Translations under genes and position numbers: made by a program
The notes under the pieces: generated by a model
Databases searched by the model: none
What the model saw: the letters and a program-made list of their open reading frames with translations, nothing else
What the model was told of the DNA's origin: nothing
Virus record (IMG/VR): IMGVR_UViG_3300028831_000111
Coordinates: 1-58,933 of that record
Length of the DNA: 58,933 nucleotides
Reading direction: 5' to 3' (one strand)
DNA from: a virus
Shown here: positions 15,903-24,406 of the stretch, piece by piece
How the letters are laid out: each line of letters opens with the position of its first letter
Position numbering within the stretch: position 1 is the stretch's first letter

Positions 15903-17635
15903 ACGGCCAGCTCCCCCTGCAGCGCGTCGACCCAGGTCACCGAGGCAGCGGAAGCGGCGGAGAACGTCGCGTACTTGTCGATGTCGACATATCGGGTGTT
16001 CCACGTGCCTTCCGGCGGCCCGACCGGGGCGGCCACCTTCGCGAACGACGAGCGCGCTACCCGCCAGGGCAGCTTGTGGTTCGGGGCGAGCCGCGTCACC
16101 TCCAGGTCGCCGTGGAGCTGGTACGCGGCAGCCTCGGCGTACTCGGCGGGGAGCTGCAGGTACAGCGGTGCCCCGGACGCGTACAGCGCCTTGAGCTGGG
16201 CAAGGTCCGCCAGGGTGATCGTGACGACCTGGATCGTCTGTCGCCCAGACTTTCTTACCTGCCAAGCACCAAGCGGGAACACCGCGTTGTTGATCTCCAG
16301 TGCTTCGCCGTCCGCCGGGAACGTCTCCTCCGACAGCGACACCAGGCCGACCGCCGACTCCGGAACGCAGTCGGTCACCTGAAGATTCATGATCAGCTTC
16401 AGCTTCGTTGCCGGGTGCAGCGGATCAACCCACCAACCAGCGCCATCCCCCGGAACCGTGACACTCGACGCGGTCACCGTAGTACCCGACGAGTAGACGT
16501 ACACCTCATCGCCGTACAACGGCAGTGTCGTCGGTGGCGAGCCCGTCATGCCGAACACTGCCCGGACGCCGTTCGCGCTGGCCATGTCCGTAGCGCTGAA
16601 CCCGTAACTGCCCCAGTTACCCGGGAACGGCACCAGGTCATTGAACGCGCCCGTAGTGCCCAGCAGCGTCGTCCCGTCGTACCACTGCAACTCAACGCCG
16701 ATGCCACCCGACCAGTAGTCCGGCACCATCAGCCGCCCAACGATCGTGTACGTCGCCGCCGCCGTGGCATCCCAGATAATCGCCTCATCGATCCGCCACG
16801 TGTTCGCAGCAGCCAGTACTCCCGGTCCCGTAGTGATCAGCCTGGCGAACGCCGCCCCGGCCGGAGCGGTCGCGGTCACCGGGCCGTACTTCGTCCACAC
16901 CGTGGCGGCCGGAGACAGCGTCGTAACGCTGGAGCTGATGAAGACGTGGGAAGCGTTGAACCAAGCGATACCCACGTCACGGCTGGCACTGCCACCGGAG
17001 GAGATTCGCAACCAGGCGGAGTACGTGTAGCTCTGGCCAGCTACAACGCTGACCTCTTCGGACTGTGCCTGCGGCGTGCTGGAAACCCCGTTGGGGACGA
17101 TCAGCAGCGACGCCACGCCCTGGTGGAAGTTCGCCGTGTCGCGGGACACGGCGGCACCATTCGCACCCGACCAGTTCGACGCGTCCGTCTCGAAGAACGG
17201 GTTCGCGTTCCGCGCGCTCGGCGTAATCGGAATGATCTCCGAAGCGGCCTTGACCGTCGCTGAACCGTCCGGGGTCAGCTTCGCCGAGGCGACACCCTCA
17301 CCCGCGACGTAGTAGTCCTTCGACTGGGTAACCGTGCCCACGGTGCCGCTGTTCGCCGTGCTGGTCCACTCCGACACACCCTCCTCGAAGCTGCCGTTGT
17401 AGTTGAGCGCGATAGTTGAGGAGTACACCACCGGCACGTCATACGGCATCTCATGATCGAAAAGGACCGCAACGCCGTTCGACAACTTGATCGACTTACC
17501 TTCGCGCAACGTCGTGCGGACCCCGGCCACCGTCCGATACACCCACGCCACCCGCGCGTGTGGAAAGTCCTGCCAGTTCACCTCAATCCGGGTGTACCCC
17601 TCCCCCGGAACGACGATCGGCGTCACTGTGCCCAC
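15899..17635 (-). CDS. Distal-tail-type minor tail protein with two carbohydrate-binding-like insertions
   Basis: First gene after the tape measure. Two similar segments (SFEEGVSEWTSTANS..., FFETDASNWSGANGA...) resemble CBM modules. Confidence 0.6.
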   Translation of the reverse strand: MGTVTPIVVPGEGYTRIEVNWQDFPHARVAWVYRTVAGVRTTLREGKSIKLSNGVAVLFDHEMPYDVPVVYSSTIALNYNGSFEEGVSEWTSTANSGTVGTVTQSKDYYVAGEGVASAKLTPDGSATVKAASEIIPITPSARNANPFFETDASNWSGANGAAVSRDTANFHQGVASLLIVPNGVSSTPQAQSEEVSVVAGQSYTYSAWLRISSGGSASRDVGIAWFNASHVFISSSVTTLSPAATVWTKYGPVTATAPAGAAFARLITTGPGVLAAANTWRIDEAIIWDATAAATYTIVGRLMVPDYWSGGIGVELQWYDGTTLLGTTGAFNDLVPFPGNWGSYGFSATDMASANGVRAVFGMTGSPPTTLPLYGDEVYVYSSGTTVTASSVTVPGDGAGWWVDPLHPATKLKLIMNLQVTDCVPESAVGLVSLSEETFPADGEALEINNAVFPLGAWQVRKSGRQTIQVVTITLADLAQLKALYASGAPLYLQLPAEYAEAAAYQLHGDLEVTRLAPNHKLPWRVARSSFAKVAAPVGPPEGTWNTRYVDIDKYATFSAASAASVTWVDALQGELAV

Positions 17636-20256
17636 TAGTTCCCCCTCACCCCGTAGGCCAGCTCGGCGCCTTGCTGCTCAAGCTTGTCGTCCACCACGGT
17701 ACGGGCAATCGGGATCATGACGCCGGAAGGATCGAGGTACACGGCAACGTTGGTCGTGGTCGACGTCTTGCCCTCCCTCAGGATCTTCGTCAGGCCGGAG
17801 TCCTCGGCGAGCTGCTGAGCCCGTTTCGGATCCGAAAGCGGGAGGACAACCTCCGGCCCAGCTTCGCCCACCAGGGCGAGCGTCGGGGAGTCGACCAGCG
17901 CGCCTTTCGCGAGCCTCGGGATACGCGGCAGGCTGACCGGCAGCCGGTCGTCAATGTCGGCGATGCCCCGGTTGATGGAGTCGATGATCCAGTTAACCCC
18001 GCTCTTCACCGTGCTCACGATCTTCTTGCCGATGTCGGAGGCGAAGTTGCCGATCTCCGACAGGCCGCGCCCAATCTGCCGACCGAGATCAACGGCCGCG
18101 TTGTAGAGCTTCGGTCCGAGCGCCCGCACCCGATCCGGCAAGGAGCCGATGAAGTCGGTCACCCGGTTGAAGCCCGAGACGACCGCGTTCCAGGTGGCGA
18201 CGAAGACGTTGTTCCACAGGCTGACGAAGAAGTTGCCGACGGCATCCATTGCCGCGCTCAGGGTGTTCGGCAGGGTCTCGGTGAGGAACGACCAGATCGA
18301 GTTGCCCAGGTTGACGAAGAACCCTTCGATCGCGTGTCCGGCCGACACGAGCAGGCCCGGGATCGCGTTGACGACGGCCTCAACCTCGTGGACGCCAAGC
18401 CAGAACGTCGACACCGCGTAGTTCCACGCAGCCGTGAAGAAGTCACCCAGAAACGTGATCGACTTCTGCCAGCCCTGCTGCACCAGGTACGGCAGCGACA
18501 GGAACAGGCCGATCAACTCGCCGATGCCCCGGAACACCGCTTGGTACCAGCTCGTGAGCGTGTCGATGATGAAGTTGCGGCCCGCGTCGCGGAAGCTCTC
18601 AATCCCGTCGAGGATGCGGCCCGGCAGTGCCTTGAACCAGTCGACCGCCACGTTGAACCAGCGCGGAATGTCCTTGGTGAAGAAGTCGCCGATGGCCGAG
18701 CCAGCCGAGGACACCCAACCGACCACGGCCCGGTAGGCGACCGCGAAGCCGTGGCCGATCGCGAGACCCAGCCACTTCACGAACTCAACGATCTTGGCAA
18801 TGACGAAGACGAACCCGCCGCCGAGCGCCTCCAGACCCTTCAGTAGGAGGCGCACCCCCTGGAACACGGCGTTGAACGCCTTGAATGCGGTCGGCTCCAT
18901 GTTGATCAGGAGCAGGACGACCGCGCCGAACGCCTTCAAGATCGTCGTCAGGTTGTGGAGGGCCGTCTGCCCCTCCTTCGACTTCAAGAACGTGTTGAGC
19001 CGCGCCACCGCGTCAGCAAGATCGTTCAGGAAGCTCGCACCCTGGTCGCCGACCTCACCGCCCAGCAGCGTGATCAGGTACGCGCCCAGCTCCTTCACCA
19101 GCCGGAGCAGGTCACCGCCGATCTTGAACGCCTTATCCAGCCAGCCCGACAGCGACCCGTCCCCGGCAATCCGCTTCGTGAACGCTTCAACGGTCGCCGC
19201 GAAGTTCCGGAATGCCGTGGCCCCCCGCTCCAGAAACGGCAGAGCTGGGCGGATCAGATCCAGCAGGGCCTGCGCCAGGTTTGCGAACGCCGGTTCGAGC
19301 GTCTGGACGATCCGGTTCGTCGTGGCGAACAGCGCGTTGAACGTCGCCAGGTTCTGCGGTTGGGTGAACACGTTGCCGAGACCACGGGCCAAGTTCCCCA
19401 GCGACCCCGCCACGAGCGTCAAGCCACGGTGTGCCAGCGGCAGCAGCGTCCTACCGAACTCGGTGAAGAAGCCCTGCAGCGGCTTGAAGAACGCGCCTTG
19501 CACGTCGTTCTTGATCGCCCTGAACTGCGGCCCGAGCGCCACCAGCTCCTTGACGACCGTCCGTGCCGACGGCGCCAGCTTCTTCAGGGCCTCATTGAAC
19601 TTATCCGTGTCGCCGGACAGCCCCGCGCTGACCGCGTCCCCGAACCCCTGGAATGCGATCACCAGCGGTAGGATCGCCGTCAGCGCGACGCCTGCCGCCG
19701 CCGGGAGCGCGAACAGTGCCGCGCCGAGTTGCACGAGCGCGCCCGCGAGCTGAATGACGATCGGGATCAGAACGATGATCGAGCCGATCTTCAGGACCGA
19801 CCCAATCTCGCCGCCGACGTCACCGATCTTGGAGAAGACCGACCCGATCGAATCTCCGAAACTCTTAACGTTCGAGAAGCCAGACTGGAACGCCTCCAGC
19901 GCCTGCGAACCCAGCCGAGAAAACGCCCCGAGGAGACCAGAGCGGCCATTCCCGCGCTCCAGAATCCGCGCCAGGCCCCCGACGATGTCTTTGCCTACGC
20001 GCTCACCGTCTTTGACGAACTGGCCCCTAGCGTTGCGCAGGCGGCCCCGCGCATCCCGGTAGAAGCCGTCGCCGAACTTCTTACCGGCGTCCTCCCCCGC
20101 CTTCTCGGCCGCCCTGCCCAGTTCATCGAAGTCGACGTGCTTCGCCGCGTTATCGAGCTTGTCCTGGATCTCACGCTCAGCCTCAGGACCCAGCTTCGAA
20201 TAGTCGCCGTGCATCTCCACGTATGCACGGCCGACGGAGCGGGTAGGCGAGGTCAC
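17635..20256 (-). CDS. Tape measure protein
   Basis: 873 aa, Ala/Gly/Leu-rich with hydrophobic central helices. Follows the chaperone pair. Confidence 0.9.
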   Translation of the reverse strand: MTSPTRSVGRAYVEMHGDYSKLGPEAEREIQDKLDNAAKHVDFDELGRAAEKAGEDAGKKFGDGFYRDARGRLRNARGQFVKDGERVGKDIVGGLARILERGNGRSGLLGAFSRLGSQALEAFQSGFSNVKSFGDSIGSVFSKIGDVGGEIGSVLKIGSIIVLIPIVIQLAGALVQLGAALFALPAAAGVALTAILPLVIAFQGFGDAVSAGLSGDTDKFNEALKKLAPSARTVVKELVALGPQFRAIKNDVQGAFFKPLQGFFTEFGRTLLPLAHRGLTLVAGSLGNLARGLGNVFTQPQNLATFNALFATTNRIVQTLEPAFANLAQALLDLIRPALPFLERGATAFRNFAATVEAFTKRIAGDGSLSGWLDKAFKIGGDLLRLVKELGAYLITLLGGEVGDQGASFLNDLADAVARLNTFLKSKEGQTALHNLTTILKAFGAVVLLLINMEPTAFKAFNAVFQGVRLLLKGLEALGGGFVFVIAKIVEFVKWLGLAIGHGFAVAYRAVVGWVSSAGSAIGDFFTKDIPRWFNVAVDWFKALPGRILDGIESFRDAGRNFIIDTLTSWYQAVFRGIGELIGLFLSLPYLVQQGWQKSITFLGDFFTAAWNYAVSTFWLGVHEVEAVVNAIPGLLVSAGHAIEGFFVNLGNSIWSFLTETLPNTLSAAMDAVGNFFVSLWNNVFVATWNAVVSGFNRVTDFIGSLPDRVRALGPKLYNAAVDLGRQIGRGLSEIGNFASDIGKKIVSTVKSGVNWIIDSINRGIADIDDRLPVSLPRIPRLAKGALVDSPTLALVGEAGPEVVLPLSDPKRAQQLAEDSGLTKILREGKTSTTTNVAVYLDPSGVMIPIARTVVDDKLEQQGAELAYGVRGN

Positions 20257-20278
20257 GCCTCAGAGCGTAACGATCTAA

Positions 20279-20818
20279 CTAAGCTCCGCGCTGCGCCTCC
20301 ACGAATGCCGCGCGGAACTGCGACGCCAGGTAGTCGGAATCCTGCGCCACTTCCTCCAGCGCCTCCACCGGCGGGCGGTGCAACTCCATGTCGAATTTCA
20401 TCCGGTCTTTCTTCTCCATGCCGTCCGTCGCCAGGGCGTAGATGGTGTTGCAGAACGCGCCGAGAGAGATTCGCCCAAGGTCAACACCGGACAGCAGCAG
20501 CTTCCCGCCGAGCACATCCCACGACTGTGTAGCCCCCACCACCAGGTGTTGAGCTTCCCACCATGGCCGCCCGGCCGCCGCCTCCAGGGCGTGCCGGGCG
20601 AGCGTCGTCAACTCGGGCAACTCGATGAGTCCATCCTCCAGCGCGTCCCACACCCGCAACTGGTCCTCGTCGGCGAGCAGGCCCGGCACGATCGCGAACG
20701 CGTCGTTGGTCGCGACGACCGCCACCCAGTCGGCAGCGGGCAGCGACGGGATCGTGTAGACGGCCCGGCCAACCGTTACGTCGATCTCGACCGGCCACAA
20801 CGACGCGAGGATGTCCAT
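20279..20818 (-). CDS. Tail assembly chaperone, downstream (T-like) ORF
   Basis: Lies between the G-like ORF and the tape measure. Its frame stays open for at least 21 codons upstream of its ATG, in the -1 frame relative to 20821..21171. Confidence 0.65.
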   Translation of the reverse strand: MDILASLWPVEIDVTVGRAVYTIPSLPAADWVAVVATNDAFAIVPGLLADEDQLRVWDALEDGLIELPELTTLARHALEAAAGRPWWEAQHLVVGATQSWDVLGGKLLLSGVDLGRISLGAFCNTIYALATDGMEKKDRMKFDMELHRPPVEALEEVAQDSDYLASQFRAAFVEAQRGA

Positions 20819-20820
20819 GA

Positions 20821-21171
20821 CTACTTCGCGGGCCTGCGCGCGATGGCCTTCTTCGCGGCCCGGCGTCCTTCCCGGTTTTCCTCCGGCGCGAACGCCTCCA
20901 CGATGTTCTGGATCTGCGGGATGACGTCGTCCTCGAACGACCAGTCACCGCCGAGCATGTTGTCTGAGAACCACTGCCGGTCGACGTCGAAGACGATCCA
21001 CGCCTCCATGAGGTCGATCAGCCGGGCTACCTTCGTCATCAGCTCCACCCGGGTTGACCGGGCGATCTGCGCGAGAACGGCTTTCTGCGTATCGCTGGGC
21101 TCGTACACCTGCACTTCCCTGCCGAGGAAGTCGATGGTTGCCGTTGCCCTGGTGTCTGTCATGATCTGCAT
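20821..21171 (-). CDS. Tail assembly chaperone (G-like)
   Basis: 116 aa, acidic with a basic tail. Canonical position upstream of the T-like ORF and tape measure. An alternative ATG at 21162 lies 7 nt after TACAAT. Confidence 0.65.
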   Translation of the reverse strand: MQIMTDTRATATIDFLGREVQVYEPSDTQKAVLAQIARSTRVELMTKVARLIDLMEAWIVFDVDRQWFSDNMLGGDWSFEDDVIPQIQNIVEAFAPEENREGRRAAKKAIARRPAK

Positions 21172-21193
21172 TGTACTGGCAGACTAGACAACC

Positions 21194-21454
21194 ATGGATA
21201 CTGGAATCCCGATCGACTTTCCTGAGGAACGCCTGATCAGGACCTATGTCACGGCCTTGCGGGACGCGACGAACGAGGCCGAGATCGAGCTGATGATCGT
21301 CGGAGCGCTGCAGGTGGGGTACCGCCGGGGCCTGCTCGCCGCCGCCTCGCCGAGTCAGCCCGAAGACCTGGAGGAGATCGCAGCATCGTTCCTGACCTTG
21401 GCAAACCGCCTGCGTATCGCCATGTCCGCCCGGAAAGAACCGGAGACCACATGA
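21194..21454 (+). CDS. Hypothetical protein (plus-strand island)
   Basis: ATG at 21194. Its stop overlaps the next start (ATGA). Protein-like composition. Confidence 0.65.
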   Translation: MDTGIPIDFPEERLIRTYVTALRDATNEAEIELMIVGALQVGYRRGLLAAASPSQPEDLEEIAASFLTLANRLRIAMSARKEPETT

Positions 21455-21789
21455 CCGACGGCCGGATCAACGCCTACATCAGCCTCGGTAACAGCGACGA
21501 CAAGCTGACTCAGCGTGAGTGGGCAGACTTCATCGCCATCACCCGGGAGTTCCTGACTGGCAACCCCGGCTCCAGCTTGGGCGGGAAGTTCTGGCAGGTT
21601 CATGGCGAGTGGTACTCCAGGCCCGACCATCCGTGGCAGAACGCGAACTTCTGCGTAGAGATCAACGTCGAGGATGAGCAGTACCTGCTGGATCAGATGT
21701 ACGTCCTGGCCGAGACGTGTCGGCAGGACTCAATCGCCGTGGTGATCGGTCATCCTGTCTTCGTCGGACCTGGAGGAGTAAAGCCATGA
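21451..21789 (+). CDS. Hypothetical protein
   Basis: ATGA coupling at both ends. Confidence 0.65.
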   Translation: MTDGRINAYISLGNSDDKLTQREWADFIAITREFLTGNPGSSLGGKFWQVHGEWYSRPDHPWQNANFCVEINVEDEQYLLDQMYVLAETCRQDSIAVVIGHPVFVGPGGVKP

Positions 21790-21998
21790 GGTGGCCATAC
21801 ACGGAGCCGCACTACCAGGTATCTCGCTGGAAGGTCGTCACGCCTGCCGGGACCACGAAGGGGATCGCGGAGGAAGACGCACGAGACATCGCCGAAGAAA
21901 ACGACGGGGCGGTCTACCGATCGTGGGTCGTCATGATCACCGACGGACCAGACAAGGGCACCGAGATTCTCGGACCCTGGACGCAGGTTCGGCCGTGA
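21786..21998 (+). CDS. Hypothetical protein
   Basis: ATG at 21786 overlaps the upstream TGA. Sequence MRWPYTEPHYQVSRWKV... Confidence 0.6.
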   Translation: MRWPYTEPHYQVSRWKVVTPAGTTKGIAEEDARDIAEENDGAVYRSWVVMITDGPDKGTEILGPWTQVRP

Positions 21999-22150
21999 TC
22001 TGCGTTGCCTGCCGCGCGGCAGCGGATGCCGCGCGGGCTCCCAGCGTCTATCTCCCGAAAACCCTGGCTGGTCTGCTGCGGGGTCACGAGCTGTGCCGCC
22101 TGCGGGACAAGAGCCAGTGCGACTGCCAGCACCGAGAGCCACGCCGGTGA
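21995..22150 (+). CDS. Small Cys-rich protein
   Basis: GTG at 21995 overlaps the TGA. Motifs CVAC...C...CDC. Confidence 0.5.
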   Translation: MICVACRAAADAARAPSVYLPKTLAGLLRGHELCRLRDKSQCDCQHREPRR

Positions 22151-22230
22151 GCGGGGATCAGGACGATATCGGCTGGCTCATCCTGATCGTCATTGTGGCC
22201 GCGATCGTGATCGTGTTGGCCCTGCTCTAA
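22147..22230 (+). CDS. 27-aa membrane peptide
   Basis: GTG/TGA overlap. Sequence SGDQDDIGWLILIVIVAAIVIVLALL. Confidence 0.4.
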   Translation: MSGDQDDIGWLILIVIVAAIVIVLALL

Positions 22231-22235
22231 CGCCC

Positions 22236-22265
22236 TTGCAAGATCCTGTCTAGGGATGCTACACT
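22236..22265 (+). promoter_or_regulatory. Candidate promoter TTGCAA-N18-TACACT pointing into the 3' end of the minus-strand gp10-like gene
   Basis: Followed by AAAGGGGGG-N8-ATG and a 12-codon ORF (22299..22337) whose TAG shares CTAG with the stop of 22334..22825. Confidence 0.4.
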
Positions 22266-22333
22266 GTGACAGGCATCAATCAAAGGGGGGTGATTGAGAT
22301 GGGCCGCGACTTCGGGTGGGGCTGCCCCCGCCG

Positions 22334-22825
22334 CTAGACTCGCTTCACGAGGAAACCCGCCCTGGTGGCTTCCTCCACAAGGGCCGTCCGTAGAAACGGG
22401 CGGCCCTTCGTGCCGGGATGGTTCACGTAGCCCTTCCCGACGAGGAAGACCTTCCGCTTCGCAATGTAGCCCGTCCACTTGCCCTTGCGGGTCACCTTCG
22501 GCACCACGGTGACGACGCCTACCTTCGGCCAGAAGAACCGCAACGCTCCGGCGTGCTTCGCTCGGATAATGTGCGGGCGGGTCCCCTCATGCACAAAGAT
22601 CGCATAATTGACGTTCGTTCCGACCCGCCCAACCACCTCGCTGCCGGTGATCGTCACGACCTGCGTCAGGCTGGCGCGCAGGTTGCCCGTGTCAACCGGC
22701 GTGAGGATCTTCGCCCGGTTCAGCACCCGGAGCGTCGTCTTCACCACCAGCTTTCCGGCGTCCTGCGCGCCGACAGCGTTCAGCGTCGCCCGGGACAGGG
22801 CCACATGGACGCTTGCCCTGGCCAT
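22334..22825 (-). CDS. HK97 gp10-family head-tail joining (neck) protein
   Basis: Signature AKILTPVDTGNLRASL...YAIFVHEGT. Confidence 0.75.
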   Translation of the reverse strand: MARASVHVALSRATLNAVGAQDAGKLVVKTTLRVLNRAKILTPVDTGNLRASLTQVVTITGSEVVGRVGTNVNYAIFVHEGTRPHIIRAKHAGALRFFWPKVGVVTVVPKVTRKGKWTGYIAKRKVFLVGKGYVNHPGTKGRPFLRTALVEEATRAGFLVKRV

Positions 22826-22829
22826 GGGG

Positions 22830-23078
22830 CTACTCCGTGTTCTTCCCCGTGCGGGCGCGCCGGGCCTGCGGGGTTTCCTGCGTAGCCTCCACCGTTGCGA
22901 CCTCCTGGTCAGGCAACGTGTCTACGTCGTCCTGGACGTCGTCACCCTTCACGACCTTCAGGTAGCCCTGCTCGATCAGGCCCTTCACCGGCTGGTCCTT
23001 GAGCATGTCGGCGGACAACTCGACCTGCTCGCCCATATTCAACATGTCGAGGTTGATCGTTGCTTCGACAACTGCCAT
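22830..23078 (-). CDS. Hypothetical acidic structural-module protein
   Basis: 82 aa in the neck gene block. Confidence 0.65.
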   Translation of the reverse strand: MAVVEATINLDMLNMGEQVELSADMLKDQPVKGLIEQGYLKVVKGDDVQDDVDTLPDQEVATVEATQETPQARRARTGKNTE

Positions 23079-23081
23079 GAC

Positions 23082-23615
23082 TTAACTCCAAACGTCGTGC
23101 GGGAACACCTGCGCGGTCACTGTGACTATGGTGCCCGCGCAGCCGCCCTCCGGACCGAACTTCGACAGCCGACTTACCGACGTCTTCCACATCTTCGCGT
23201 TCCACTGCGCCACGAAGCAGCACACCGCCCGCCGGATGGCCGCCGCATCCTCCTCCAGCAGCACCGCCAGCGTGTAGTGATCGTCGTACGTCGGCGTGCT
23301 GTTGATGTCCCCCGTGGGAGCGCACCGAGCGATGCCCGCCTCCAGCTCCACCGCCCACGACGAAGCGCCGCATGAGCTGATCAGGCCACCGTCCTCCCCG
23401 GGGAACACGTTGGAGAGGAACTCGTCACCGACCCGGACCCACGCCAGCCCATCGCAACACTCGTTCTGCGTCTGGGAGATGTCCAAGGCGATCGCTGCGC
23501 CCGCCCGCAGGGACTGGTTCGCCGGTGGGGCGGAGATGTCGGCGGCAGCCGTGCCGAGGCAGATCAGCAGCTCTTCGGCAGCCGTGATGAACTCGCCGTT
23601 GCGATAGTCGACCAT
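23082..23615 (-). CDS. Hypothetical head-tail connector-block protein
   Basis: Position only. ATG overlaps the upstream stop. Confidence 0.65.
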   Translation of the reverse strand: MVDYRNGEFITAAEELLICLGTAAADISAPPANQSLRAGAAIALDISQTQNECCDGLAWVRVGDEFLSNVFPGEDGGLISSCGASSWAVELEAGIARCAPTGDINSTPTYDDHYTLAVLLEEDAAAIRRAVCCFVAQWNAKMWKTSVSRLSKFGPEGGCAGTIVTVTAQVFPHDVWS

Positions 23616-24406
23616 CAGGCCCGCCAGGTCGTGACACGCTGGTTCGGCAGGTCAGGCGACCACACCCGCACCGGGCTCGAACGCTTGTACGGGTTCACCG
23701 AGTAGATCCAGTTGTCGACCTCGTTGAGGCCGGTCAGCCCGTCCTTGATCGTCGTGTCTGCGGCCTGCATGCTTACGCCCTGGCGGGTCAGCGACGACAC
23801 CCGGGCGGGCAGGCGGCACGTGGACCCGCTGCACGCCTTCAGGAACTCGCACGCCAGCATGCCCGCCGCGACCTGACCGGCCGGGGGAACCGCAACGCCA
23901 CGCGCGTACGTAACAACGAAGGTGCCCTCAGTCGCGTACTGGTCCACGTTAAAGTCCTGCGTAACCGGCCAGGCGCCGCCATCCTGGCGAACCAGGTATG
24001 CCGCGTTGTCAACGCGGTACGCCGCCGGATCAACGACCGCATCGTTGATCCGGACCTCCGTAACACCCGCCACCGGGCCGGGAAGCCAGATCTCCGACGT
24101 CGGGCGGCACTGCCCGCCGGGGCAGGTGATGTTGTTCCAGCGGCCCACGTCGTCCAGGTATGGAAGCCAGCTCCAGCCGGAACCGCCGTCGGCGTCGAAC
24201 AGCACCCCGTACGTCTGGTAGCCCTGCTCCGTCATCACCTCGCAGGGACGTACCTCCAGCAAGCAAATGCCGAAACGTCGCCCCGTGAGCGCCCACAGGA
24301 CGCTTGTTGCGTACTCCTGCGCCCGGGTCTGGTCGGCCGGACTCGCCGCGTCCCACACCGCCTGGCAGCAGGACACGTCGATATCCCACGTGCAAGGTCC
24401 GCTCAT
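23615..24406 (-). CDS. Head-to-tail adaptor-like protein
   Basis: N-terminal pattern RAQEYATSVLWALTGRRFGICLLEVRPC resembles gp6-type adaptors of actinophages. Confidence 0.55.
   Translation of the reverse strand: MSGPCTWDIDVSCCQAVWDAASPADQTRAQEYATSVLWALTGRRFGICLLEVRPCEVMTEQGYQTYGVLFDADGGSGWSWLPYLDDVGRWNNITCPGGQCRPTSEIWLPGPVAGVTEVRINDAVVDPAAYRVDNAAYLVRQDGGAWPVTQDFNVDQYATEGTFVVTYARGVAVPPAGQVAAGMLACEFLKACSGSTCRLPARVSSLTRQGVSMQAADTTIKDGLTGLNEVDNWIYSVNPYKRSSPVRVWSPDLPNQRVTTWRA

Noticed and set aside
15903-16265. N-terminal extensions of the longest ORFs (14766..16265, 45804..47810, 7099..8142, 2470..3066, 32326..32808, 32819..33583, 1561..2172).
   Set aside because: The extensions overlap upstream genes, promoters or tRNA-like sequence and are Arg/Pro/Gly-rich. 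Internal starts with a GGAGG-type RBS or 4-nt stop/start overlaps were preferred.
22299-22337. 12-codon ORF MGRDFGWGCPRR, considered as a feature in its own right.
   Set aside because: It is too short to support as a gene from sequence alone. It is mentioned only in the finding about the antisense promoter.
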